A DNA stretch of 64,000 bases, taken from Hyaloraphidium curvatum SAG 235-1. Lineage: Eukaryota; Fungi; Monoblepharomycota. Each line of letters starts with the position of its first letter. Positions within the stretch are counted from its first letter, which is position 1. The stretch is taken from assembly GCA_025558095.1 (NCBI GenBank), contig JAIVFI010000015.1, positions 682,001 to 746,000 of the forward strand, written 5' to 3'. Below the pieces are notes generated by a model. That model saw only the letters and a list, made by a program, of their open reading frames with translations. It made no database searches and was not told the origin of the DNA. A program made the position numbers and the translations under genes. Of this stretch, positions 25,573 to 35,904 are shown one piece after another.

Positions 25573-26895
25573 TCACGCCACGTCGTCCGACCGCGACTTC
25601 CACACCGTGGTGTGCGGCACCTCCCACCCCTCCTCGAACCTGAGCTCCCCCGTCCCCGCATCGAACACCACCGGCACTCCCGACGTCCTCCGTCGCCTGG
25701 GAGCGGCGAGCCAAGGGTGCGCGAGGGCCTCTTCGGCGGTGGGCCGGGAAGCGGGGTCCGCGCGCATCATCGATGCGACGAAATCCCGCAGGCCCGGGGA
25801 GCCGAGGCCGGGCGGAAAACACCAGTCCGAGTCCGCTATGCGGGAATAGAGGTCCAGGAAGCTCGACGAGTTCTCGAAGGGGGTAGTGCCGAATGCCAGC
25901 TGGTACGCCAGGCAGCCCGCCGCGTAGACGTCCACGGCGGGGGAGTATGCGTCGCCCGCGACCAGCTCCGGGGAGAGGTAGAAGGGCGTGCCGACGAATG
26001 TTTTCATCGGAAGGGGGGTGGATTTGTCGCTCTCGGCGCCGACAAAGGCGGCGTCGAAATCCGCGAGGAAGAGGTCGGTGGGGTCGTTGGGGGAGCGGAG
26101 CATCACGTTGCCCGGCTTGAGGTCGCGGTGGGCGACCCCGCGGGAATGCAGGTGCGCCACGGCGCGGAGGAGGGGGGTCATGACGGCACGGAGCTCGTCC
26201 TCGGAGAGGGGCCCGCGGTCGCGGAGGTAGCTCTGCAGGTCGCAGGCGCCGAGCTCCATGATGGTATAGAACTGCAAGCGGGCAACGGAACATTTCCACC
26301 CGTCAGCAATCGTCGGCAATCCGCTGCGAGGGCAACGCACCTTGTCCTCGGTCTCAAAGTGCTCGACCATCTCGGGCAGGTTCTTGTGGCGCATGGCCGC
26401 CACCGCATCGAACCTCCTCCTCAGGTCCCTCCGCATCCTCTCGACCTCCTCCGCCACGGCATCCCGCTCCGCCTGCGCCGCCCCGGAAGCGACGTGCGGC
26501 TTGTGCGCCACCTTCATCGCGAACGTGCGGCCGCTGTCCGCTGCCACGCACGCCCGCACGGTGCCGTCGGTGCCCGACCCCAGCGTGCGGTAGCACCGGT
26601 AGTTCCTCCTGCGGGAGCGGCCGTGCGAGTAGAGCGCCGCCAGCCGCGGGTCCGGGGGGCGGCCGTTGGCGTCGGCCGACCGGGGGGTCGGCGGCAGGGA
26701 CGGGGAGAAGGAGGGGGAGCCGACGGCGTCGGGGTACGAGGAAAAATCGTAGGTGTCCCGGCGGTTCGCGGGGAAGTCCGACGGGCGCAGGGGAGGAGTG
26801 AGGGGCGGCACCTGCGGGCGCGGGGCCGAGGGGAGGGGGGGCGGCGCCCACGCCGGGGACGGGTCGCCGCGGAGCAGCCCGGCGTAGAGTGCCAT
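25573..26895 (-). CDS. Ser/Thr kinase (CAMK-like), paralog 2, DFD motif
   Basis: LGSGTDGTV, FAMK, HRDLKPGN, ADFDA, GTPFYLSPE; in-frame intron 26272-26340. Confidence 0.92.
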   Translation of the reverse strand: MALYAGLLRGDPSPAWAPPPLPSAPRPQVPPLTPPLRPSDFPANRRDTYDFSSYPDAVGSPSFSPSLPPTPRSADANGRPPDPRLAALYSHGRSRRRNYRCYRTLGSGTDGTVRACVAADSGRTFAMKVAHKPHVASGAAQAERDAVAEEVERMRRDLRRRFDAVAAMRHKNLPEMVEHFETEDKVRCPRSGLPTIADGWKCSVARLQFYTIMELGACDLQSYLRDRGPLSEDELRAVMTPLLRAVAHLHSRGVAHRDLKPGNVMLRSPNDPTDLFLADFDAAFVGAESDKSTPLPMKTFVGTPFYLSPELVAGDAYSPAVDVYAAGCLAYQLAFGTTPFENSSSFLDLYSRIADSDWCFPPGLGSPGLRDFVASMMRADPASRPTAEEALAHPWLAAPRRRRTSGVPVVFDAGTGELRFEEGWEVPHTTVWKSRSDDVA

Positions 26896-27721
26896 CGCAA
26901 GCAACGGCGCAGAACAATGGGCTGTTCGTTAGGTGAGGAATTGGTCGTGCCTGTCTTTGGAAGCGGGAAACCCGGTTCCCGAACAAGGACGCTGACAGAG
27001 GGTTTTTCAGGGATCGGGACCGAAGGTGACATCACCCGCGTTTCATTTGACTAACAGGAACCTCCGATTTCCTGCGGAACGACGGCTCCAACCGGCTCGG
27101 TAATCCTGCAGCCGGCTCCGCAGTCGCCCTCCGGTCCGCCCTGCGTCGGCTGCGTCCGTTTCCCGCCCGCCCCCTGGGACCGGTCCGGACGAGTCACCCC
27201 CGCCCTCTGTTCCAGGCCCTCCGCCGGGCACCCGCCCCCCGTCCCCTGCGGCGCTTCGGCGTCCACCCACCGTGCTGGTCGCCCGCACCAAGCCTGCCGG
27301 ATGCACACAAATGGCTTCGGCGCGCACCTCCGCACCCGATGGCGCCGCTCCGGCGCCGTTCCGTCCGCCCTCCGGCGCCGCGGGCGGCGGTGGCGGCGCG
27401 GATCTCGAGATCTCCGCCGCCGGCCGGACTTGGTTTAGGCGCCCCCGGCCGCGCGCGGATCTCGGATCCGGTGGCCCGGCGGGAACCGGCGTCCGCGGAT
27501 GGGATGCGCGGCCGGCGGGGAGGTGGAGGTCGGACGGCAAGGCGGGCGGGTTCCGCGTCGGGGAGGCGGCCGCGCCAGGCGGACCCCCGGAGGACGGGGT
27601 TGGTCCCGGTGGTGGCGACCTCCGCGAAGTAGATGCATCCTTGCGGAAGCCAGAACGGCCGTGTTGCGCACTACCGCCGCCCGCCAGGCCCTCGTGCGCT
27701 CGTCCCCATAGCCCACGCCGC

Positions 27722-28420
27722 CTAGAGGCCCGCCCTCGCCTTGCCGGCATGAAAGTCATCCGGCAGCACCTCCCCCGACCCGCCGATCTCCTTGGGGTAG
27801 TCGGCGAACTTGGGCAGCCCGTCGCGGACGTCCCGGATGCCGCTGGCGTAGAAGATGTGGCGCGAGGGGAGCCACGAGGGCTCGTTGGGGGGCGGGGGGA
27901 GGGAGAGGTCTGAGGCAAAGGGGGGGGAGGTGACGGCGGACATGTCTGAGGGTGGTGCAGGGTGCGAGGGCCCGAAGTTGGAGTCCCGAGGGAGAGCACG
28001 ACCCAGGTCGGGGAGTCAAGCACCGCAACGACGTCCGGGCCGCCAGAGAGACCCACAGACCGACTCAATCTTGAAGTTTGCGTTGCGGAGAAACACGTTG
28101 CAACCGCACGTCTTGCACCAGAACCGTTCGATCGCCCCCACACGGTAAGACGCGAACGCGTCAGGCGTCTCCACCTCGAACGCGGGGGCGGGGTACTACC
28201 CCCCCAAAACACGTCCGTAACGCGCACGTCAGCCCCTTCCTCGCGCAAATCCCAAGGGGAGGAGAGAGGCGGGACCCACGGGGCAGATGGTCGCGTAGTC
28301 CGCCCCCGCGGTCCTCCTGCAGGCCGTGCAGTGGCACAGCACCGTCCTCGCGGGCGGGCCGGGGAGGCGCAGACGCGCGGCGCCGCATATGCACGAGGCG
28401 GCGTAGGGGTGAGCGGACAT
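27722..28420 (-). CDS. GFA/Mss4-like Zn-binding protein
   Basis: ASCICGA...CHCTACRR...ERFWCKTCGCNVF...PSRHIFYASGIRDVRDGLPKFADYP. Confidence 0.85.
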
Positions 28421-28698
28421 GGCGAAGGGGAAGGGGGGGAGCTGTGCCACCCGATGGGGAGCGGTGGGGATGTTGACGTCCGGCCATCACCGCGCGACGG
28501 ATGGAAATGAATCCGACCCGGAATCGCTCCCTGAGTGATAATGATGGAGCAGCGCAACGTATCAGCGACGCATCCCTGACCGGGCCGCTGCCGGCGCCGG
28601 AAACTTGCCTCTCAGAGGCGGACCTTGAGCTTCTGGACGGCCGCGAAGGCGCTGCCGTCCGTTGCTCCGGCTTTTCATCCGGCTGAATTGGACTTTCC

Positions 28699-29169
28699 AT
28701 GGAGGACGTCGCGGAACGGGATCCGGGCGGATTGGCGCCCCGGGGGGACGCCGAGGTGCCGCTCGGCCTGCTGGACCTGCCGACCGAAATCGTGTACATC
28801 GTTCTGCGGGAGGCCCTCGGGGTCGCCGGTCACTCCGGCGTCCTCCGCTTCGCGCTGGCGGGCCGTAGCACCTACGACGCCGGCATGGCCGTCCTGTTGG
28901 GCTCCGGCGTCTTCCCCGTCCAGCCGCGCCGCCTCGCGGGGGACGAAGCGCGCGCCATCGCGGCGGACCAGCGCAGGGCGGAGCTGGTGCGGAGCATTTG
29001 TGCGCACGGCGGCGAGTTCGAGCTATCGAATGCGCTCGTCGGCCTCCTGGGGCGATCACGTTCATGGCAAGGTCGGGAGCGCGGGCGGGTGCATCCTCAA
29101 GTCTCCCGAAGGCCGCTTCATGTCAGGAACTGCGCAAGCAGGGAAGGTCCTAGGGTTAGGTTAGGTTAG
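28699..29169 (+). pseudogene. F-box-like gene, apparently truncated
   Basis: LLDLPTEIVYIVL...LRFALAGRSTYDAGMAVL; protein-like character is lost near 29055 and the frame ends in the TTAGG array. Confidence 0.6.
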
Positions 29170-29195
29170 GTAAGGTCAGGTCAGGTTAGGCAAGG
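29151..29195 (+). repeat. Degenerate telomere-like (TTAGG)n array
   Basis: TAGGG TTAGG TTAGG TTAGG TAAGG TCAGG TCAGG TTAGG CAAGG. Confidence 0.85.
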
Positions 29196-29224
29196 GGTCG
29201 GTGAATAAATCACTTGTTCCCGTG

Positions 29225-30646
29225 CTACGCAACCAGACACCAGCTCTGCAACGTCGCCCTAGCCCCGGCCCCCCTGAGGATCCCAAACAACCCCACTCCC
29301 ACCGTGACCAGCGTCACCACGATCCCCCGGACCGCCGAAAACGTGATGGCGACGCCGAAGATGCGGGCGCAGTTGTCCTCCGCCTCCCTGGCGAACCCGT
29401 CGAGCACCGCCGCGCGGTTCGATGAACTGTGGGGTGGTTCCTCGCCTTTGCTGTCGTACGCCACGCGGATCGCCAGCGCCGCCCGAGAGTACAACGCGGC
29501 GCACCGGAAGACGCCGGCGTTGGCCACCGCCATCGCGGCGGCGAAGTAGAGCAGCTCCAGGGTGTGGAAGACGACGAGGGCGATAAGGTAGGCGGGGGCG
29601 CAGCCCGCGCCGAGGAGGTTGAGGAGGAGGGCGATTACGGGCAGGGGAAAGGTTGACGCCACGACGCCGACGAAGGTCTCCGAGGCCTGGACGCGGCGGC
29701 GCCATTTTGGGGCCAGGGTTTGGTAGACGGTTATGTAGGCCGGCGGCGGCGGGGGGGCGGAGACGTCGGGCAGCGTCGGAGACGCGGAGGGCACGGAGGC
29801 GGGCAGGGTCACGGATCCCGAAGGCAGCCCAGCGAGCGACAATCGGATGGCTCTGACGTCCAGCCTCGCGTCCAGTTCCAGTAGCGCCGGATCGGGCGAG
29901 AGCTCCTGGCCGATGAAGAGCAGGCAGAGGATTGTCTGGGAAACGATGGTGGCGACCATGATGAAGATCCGCCATGGGACCGTCCACGTGTAGCCGCCGA
30001 GGGCAACGAACGGCGTCCAGTAGAGGAAAACGATGACGCCGAGGCTGATGCCGGTCATTGTCAGGCACAGCTTGCCGAACTGGATGGCCGCGGAGTTCCT
30101 CAGCGTGTTGCCGGCGCAAGACGGCTGCGGGCAGGTGCAGTCTTTGTTGTCCGGCCTGTGCTCCACGAGCGACGAGTCGGGGCAACCGGCGCACAGCTCC
30201 ACCCAGCGTGCGGCCCCCGCGTAGATGTTCGCATCATCGGAGGGCGGCCGGTTCCAGACAGGCAGCGCGTTCGATACGAGGGCAACATGGTACAGCGTCA
30301 AGAGGAACATCTGCGCCGTGAGGCCCACAGCGGCGCCGCGCACGTCGAACATCCCCGAGTCGAGCGCGGGCGTCCACGTGGTCGCCATGACGGCCATCCA
30401 CGGTGCCCAACCGAAAACAGTGCGCGTTATCGGCATGTGGTTCACGCGCGGGAGGCGCTGCAGCGCGAGCAGCCACCGCAGTGCGGGCACCGCCGCGAGG
30501 TCGGCGAGGAGCCGTTTGCGGCTGAGCGCGTCCGCGGCGCGCACGGCCTTTGCACGCTGGGCTCCCTCATCGTTGGGCTCGTCCGCAGACGCGGGCGGAA
30601 GCGGCGAGGGCAGCAGAGCCAGGAGCTCCGCGTCAGTAAAGGACAT
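29225..30646 (-). CDS. Intronless 7-TM protein, candidate Gr/Or-like (7TMIC) channel
   Basis: 473-aa ORF with seven hydrophobic segments, alternating short and long loops, and C-terminal ARIFGVAITFSAVRGIVVTLVTVGVGLFGIL. The CDS is well supported; the family call is tentative. Confidence 0.75.
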   Translation of the reverse strand: MSFTDAELLALLPSPLPPASADEPNDEGAQRAKAVRAADALSRKRLLADLAAVPALRWLLALQRLPRVNHMPITRTVFGWAPWMAVMATTWTPALDSGMFDVRGAAVGLTAQMFLLTLYHVALVSNALPVWNRPPSDDANIYAGAARWVELCAGCPDSSLVEHRPDNKDCTCPQPSCAGNTLRNSAAIQFGKLCLTMTGISLGVIVFLYWTPFVALGGYTWTVPWRIFIMVATIVSQTILCLLFIGQELSPDPALLELDARLDVRAIRLSLAGLPSGSVTLPASVPSASPTLPDVSAPPPPPAYITVYQTLAPKWRRRVQASETFVGVVASTFPLPVIALLLNLLGAGCAPAYLIALVVFHTLELLYFAAAMAVANAGVFRCAALYSRAALAIRVAYDSKGEEPPHSSSNRAAVLDGFAREAEDNCARIFGVAITFSAVRGIVVTLVTVGVGLFGILRGAGARATLQSWCLVA

Positions 30647-30648
30647 CT

Positions 30649-30912
30649 ATGTCCAGTCCGGAACCGGTGCTGCGCGCCTTTGGCCCCCGTTTGCGCTCCG
30701 TGGAGGTCTACCCGCGGTCGAGGCTGGCCCCGTCGTCGAGGCAAGAGGATGCGATCCGCGAGGCGGTGGGCGAGCTCGGGCCGGGGACCGCGTTCCGCGT
30801 GCCGGGCGCGCACGGGCCCGCGGTCGGGGGGGCGGAGGGAAGGTTCTGGAGGGAGCTGGACCCGGGGGCGTTCGCGGAGGGACGGAAGGGCCGGGCACGG
30901 TGGTATGCGTGA
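30649..30912 (+). pseudogene. Orphan coding-like fragment, possibly the 3' end of the F-box gene at 28699
   Basis: SPEPVLRAFGPRLRSVEVYP...AEGRFWRELDPGAFAEG...WYA*; same strand as the F-box fragment and starting 2 nt from the 7-TM ATG. Confidence 0.35.
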
Positions 30913-31033
30913 CGGGGCGGAGGCTGGTCCGCTTCTTGGGGCATCTGGTCCGGGAGGTACGGAATGGACTTTCACTTCCTCCAATTCGCCCGCTTTCTTC
31001 CCGCCATGATCGGGCCCGCAACCCGTCTCTCAC

Positions 31034-31819
31034 TCACGAAAGCTCCCAACCAAGCATATCCAGCATCTCCCTCTCCGCCTGGACCAGCACCTCCTTCCTG
31101 AACCCCCCTGCCTCGGCCCAGCGCGACATGCGCGGCGCCGCCCCGTCGTCCGCGAACTTCCTTGCCAGCACCAGCGCGACGAGCAGCACGAGGTAGTGCG
31201 ACTTCCAGGTCCTCGAGAACTGGGGTGTCGGCGCCGGCAGGGCATCCAGGCGGCGGCGCAGGCGGCGGACGTAGTCCGCGGCGATTTCCACGTGCCCGGG
31301 GCCGACGGGGAGCAGAATGAGGAGGCGGGCTAGGTACAGCCGCAGGCGGTCGGATTCGGGGGATGCGCGAAGGAGGTGTGGTTCCCGCTCGGCCGGAGAG
31401 GGGACGAGGAGCGGGGGGAGGGCGTGTAGGCAGGTCGGATGGCGGCACTGTCCGTAGAAGCTGGCAGGGAGGAGGCCGAGGCGGTCAGGGCGGTCGTGCT
31501 GCGAGCGCAGCAGGGCCATCGCTCTAACATACCAAAACAGCATCGTCTCGATCAGGTTTTCCAGCAGCGCCGGCGGGAAGCGGGGGAACCGGGTCCACTT
31601 GCCGTCCACCGCGGGGCTCCCGCCGAGCGTGGCCGGCGAAGCGGAGCGGCACGGCGAGATGTCGCCGTCGGCAGCTGTTACGTCCGATGCGGCCGACGGC
31701 GGCCGGCATGGTTTGCGGTCCCCGCAGCCGGCGGCGCGGCATTGCGGAGGGGACGGGGACGCCGGGGCGGCCCCCCGCCGGTGGGAGGAGGAGCGGGGCG
31801 GCGATCGTACGGCGGGCAT
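31034..31819 (-). CDS. Pho80/Pcl-like cyclin-fold protein, copy 1
   Basis: MPAVRSP...IETMLFC|FYGQCRHPTC...AADYVRRL...LVALVLARKFADD...RWAEAGGFRKEVLVQAEREMLDMLGWEL; 72-nt in-frame intron. Confidence 0.82.
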   Translation of the reverse strand: MPAVRSPPRSSSHRRGAAPASPSPPQCRAAGCGDRKPCRPPSAASDVTAADGDISPCRSASPATLGGSPAVDGKWTRFPRFPPALLENLIETMLFWYVRAMALLRSQHDRPDRLGLLPASFYGQCRHPTCLHALPPLLVPSPAEREPHLLRASPESDRLRLYLARLLILLPVGPGHVEIAADYVRRLRRRLDALPAPTPQFSRTWKSHYLVLLVALVLARKFADDGAAPRMSRWAEAGGFRKEVLVQAEREMLDMLGWELS

Positions 31820-32359
31820 TCTTAGAAAGCGGGGCCGAGGGTTGCAGTTCGGCCGGGTGCCCTGGCGCAATGGGAAAGTGCGAGTGAGGTGAGTTGGTGT
31901 CCGGATTCATACCCTCAGGATCAGGATCTACTTTCCCCGATGACGTCGCCGGTTGATCTCTTCCGCCCTCCCGACAACACCAAACCCCCCTACCATTTCG
32001 CACCAAAGACCTCTCAAAGACGTTTACGGATGTCTCAGCAGAGGAAAGCCAACACCGGGACCGCTCCGCTCGCGCACTTGTGCACTCCGCGTGGGTCCCT
32101 TGGCACGCACAGCCCCGACAATCGGAGCCCCCATGCTCTTGGGAACACCTCCCGCGCAGAGCCGCCCCGCGGTGTCACCGCAGAACGGGCATCGCTGCCA
32201 GCAGTCAAACCTGCAGCCATGACGGCCTCGTCTCGGTCTCCCGGCCGTCGATTCGGGAGCACCGGTGCGTGACTCACAGTCGGGGCAGAGCCGTGGCAAA
32301 GCCGGGTCCCTTTCGACCGCCCGATCACCGAGCCCGCATCCCTCGATCCCGGCATTCAG

Positions 32360-32737
32360 ATGCTCATTACGTGGGTCTTGTCCACCCTCCCGCCGACCAC
32401 CGTGTCCCGCAGCAGCACCGGCAGCGCCGGGCTGTCCGCGGGCCCGACCACCTTCGCGTCCGTGTACCGCCCCCTGCGCACCCACGCCGCGAACCAGCCG
32501 TCTGGCCCTGGGACCGCCCGCAGCTCGCCGTCGCCCTCGGTGCAGCAGCTCGACGTCGCGCGCCTGGGGGTCGTGCGCGCCGACAGTACCGCATCCGGCA
32601 CTGGCCTTCCCGAGGCGTCCGCGATCGGCCTGGTCCACTGTGGGAAGCCGGATGTCCTGCGCCTCGTCCTTGGCGAGCGCGACGCCGAGCGACAAGCGTT
32701 GGGCGCCCGGAGAACCCGGGTAGCCAGATCTCGGTAG
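32360..32737 (+). CDS. Small hypothetical protein
   Basis: GC3-rich ORF with a possible short GTGGGT...CCGCAG intron; no recognised motif. Confidence 0.3.
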   Translation: MLITWVLSTLPPTTVSRSSTGSAGLSAGPTTFASVYRPLRTHAANQPSGPGTARSSPSPSVQQLDVARLGVVRADSTASGTGLPEASAIGLVHCGKPDVLRLVLGERDAERQALGARRTRVARSR

Positions 32738-32860
32738 CGACGTCGTCGACGATCCCCTCGGAGAGAAGACGGGTAGCAGCACTTTCAACGTCTCAATGAA
32801 CAACACTCATTTGCCCCTCCCGTGCTACAGCGTCCGATCTCCCCCGCCCCCTCCCCCCGA

Positions 32861-34566
32861 TCAGCAATCGCTCACCCCCGCCGCCCACCCGACGCTGGCC
32901 GGCACCGCCGTCTCCAGCCCCCCCTCGCGCCAGAACACCTGCACCCCGCTCCGCATCCTCCCCCTGCGCGGAGCGCCGTCCCCCAGGATCCACGGATGCC
33001 GCAGCGCGTCGGCGGCCGAGGGCCGGTGGGAGGGGTCGGGGACCAGCAGCTCGCGGACAAAGTTGGCCGCGGCGTCCGAGACCTTCAGGGAAGCGTCGCG
33101 GGGGATCTCGTAGGCGGCGCGGGCGATGCGGCCAAAGAGCTCGTCGAAAGAGCCGCAGGATTGGAAGGGGGTGGCGCCGTACAGGAGCTGCAACGGGTGG
33201 GGTTGAGCTGGAGCACCGCGGCGTCCGCCGGCGGACGGCCCCACCTCGTAGGCGATGCAGCCCAGGGACCACATGTCCACCTTGCTGTCGTACCGCTTCC
33301 CCTGCACGATCTCCGGGGCGAGGTAGAACGGCGTCCCCGTGATGGTCTTCATCGCCTTGGGGTCCGCCGTCGGCACCACCGGGAACAGCGGCGAGTCCGT
33401 GCCCAGCTCGGGCCGCGTGGCGCTGGGCGCCAAGGAGCGGTCGTGGTCGATGAAGGCGCCGGCGAAATCGGCGATGCACATGGATTCCAGCCGGTCGGGC
33501 TCGCGGAGGAAGACGTTGGAGGGTTTCAGGTCGCTGGCGACGGCGGTCAGGGGGAAGAAAAAACCTCGCGGCGGGCAGCAGCTACCGATGGGTGATGCCG
33601 TGCTCGTGGATGTAGGCCAGCGTGCGCAGCAGGATGGTGACGACGTACAGCGCATCCTCCTCCTCCATCAGCCCGCCGTTCTTGGCCACGTACGACTGCA
33701 GCGTGCCGCCGTGGCAGATGGCCGTGACGATGTAGAACTTTTCCTTCTGCGGACCACGTAGCGCCGTCAGCAGGGCCGGGGCACGCCGCAGCGTGCCGCC
33801 CACCGTCTCGAGCATGTCCAGGTACCGCGGCAGGTGCGGGTGCCCGTTGTGCGAGCGCATGGCAAAGTAGCGCCGCCGGATGTCGCGCTCGAACTTGATC
33901 CGCGAGTCGTACTCGGCCTGCTTGGAGGAGGTGAAAGATTTCGGGTTGCCGGCGGGGAGGTTGGGCTGTTCCGGAATGGGCCACGGGGATCAGGCGGCGG
34001 TCGGAAGCGGGCCCGGGGGCCCCGGGCGGGCGTCCAACCTTAGGCATCGACTTGAGCGCGACCTTCTCGTTGGTGTCGACCTTGAGGGCCAGCTTGACGG
34101 TGCCCTCGGAGCCGCGGCCGAGGATCTTGAGGTCGCGGTAGTTTGCCTTGCGGCGGTTCTTCCCCCGCAGGTACAGCGCGGCCAGCTCGTCCGGGGTGGG
34201 GTCGACGGGGTAGCGGGCCGGGTCGGCCTCCTCGCCGGCGGAGCACACGGCGGAGGGCGGTGGTGCGGGGGCGGGGCGGGCGGGCGAGGGCGTGCGGTTG
34301 CCGGGCTGCGGCCCGGCCAGCGGGCTGCCCGCGGCGGCGGCCTGCGACGGCGCGGCGGAGGCGCCCGACACGCCCGAGTTCAGCGAGGCGATGGAGCCGC
34401 GGCGGTTGCGCGGCTTGGCCCACGGCGCCCACTCGCCCGCCGGCGAGAGCATGCCCGGGCCGCCGGGCGCCGGCAGCGACGGGTCGGTCGCCGCCCGCGC
34501 GGGCGACGGCGAGCGGTGCTGCGCCGCCGGGTGCGGCAGCGAGTCGGACCGCGAGGGAGCGTGCAT
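32861..34566 (-). CDS. Ser/Thr kinase (CAMK-like), paralog 3, DFA motif, multi-exon
   Basis: LGRGSEGTVK, VALK, HR|DLKPSN, ADFAG, GTPFYLAPE, DMWSLG. Confidence 0.92.
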
Positions 34567-35904
34567 GGTCGGTGACAAAGTGGGGATGCGAGGCCGCGCG
34601 GTGGGCGCCCGACTCGCCGCAATGACGTGCCGCCCCCGCGGCTGGCGCCAACCGGCGGAGCAGCGGGAGGCACTTTTGGTGCACGGCCGGCAGCGGAACA
34701 GATGTCCGGAGATTTGGAGGCGCCCCGATGGCGATTTGGAGGCCGCTTTCCCAGAATCGGAGCCCGAGATCGAATCCCCTGATGCCGCCGCGGGGGCCGA
34801 CAGGAGAAATCGGAGTCGCCCCGCGGCTACGGGCGTCGGGACGGGGTGCGAACCGGAGAAAACGGGCTGCCTGATTCATAGAGACGGCCCTGCCGCCCGG
34901 AAGCCGGTGTCGACCCCATCAACGCGGAACAATTGCGCAACGGCGCCCGTGAAGTAGCGATGAGTGTGCGCCGTCGGGTGGCCCCACGGAGAGCGCGCAC
35001 CCACTATTGACAAATAACCGCCAGCCGGGCCCCGCCCACCTCCGATCCGACCGCATCCGACGGGGCCGACGGTTTGCTGTTTGCCACCGACAGAAGCCCC
35101 AGCCATGTCCCGCCTGGCTCAGGGCCCATCCCATGCTCCCCCCAGGCGTCCGCCCGGAACATCCCCACGGATGCACCCCGCCGCAGGGACCGCCGTACGG
35201 CGAGGACGCCGTCCCTCCCTCGCGTCCGCATCGAGCGGCGCGGGGGTCGCCTCCCTGGACCTCCATCCCCGCCCATCGCGCGTCGCACCCCCGCGCGATG
35301 GACCCGGCGGCCCCGCACCGTCCCCGCACAACGGCAATCGCGGGACACAAACCGCTGCTCCCCTGTCCTTGCGACGTCGCCGCAGCTTGCGGTCCGGGGA
35401 CTCCTGGGGTCGGCTTACTCAGCAAGGGCCCGGCGCCGACGGTCCGACCCCTCGGTCCCCTGGGGACCGGGGAGCCCCCCCCGCCGGGCGGCGGCGCGCT
35501 AGGGAGACGCGGGCATGCACTGGAGCTACTGCGTGGGGCCGGGTGGCACGGCGGCCGGGGGACCACGGGAGTGGGAGGCGATCCTCGCAGGTCCGACGGT
35601 CAAGCCGCCAGGGATCCGAGGGCGCGCGCCGTGCTTGCACTCTGGCGGCCGGGTCTGCCGCATGGGGTACATGGAGGTTCCACAATTGCGGACATGTGCT
35701 CGAATCCGTCGCACGATCGAAATTCGTGGGGGAAATGCGATGCGTCGGTGACGTAACTGGGATGCTGGCTGGGGCAGGGCGCAAGGAAAACCTCTCCCTG
35801 GATCCGTCGATTCACAGCACCAAACGATTCACTCACATCAAACAAGGGAGCCTGCGAGTTCCCTCCCACCCGAGCCCCGCCGGCTTTCCTCAACGCCCCG
35901 GACA

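Noticed and set aside
29055-30650. Helitron or TIR transposon carrying the 7-TM gene
   Set aside because: A CTAG lies beside the repeat array, but I could not find a convincing subterminal hairpin, A/T insertion site, TIRs or TSD.
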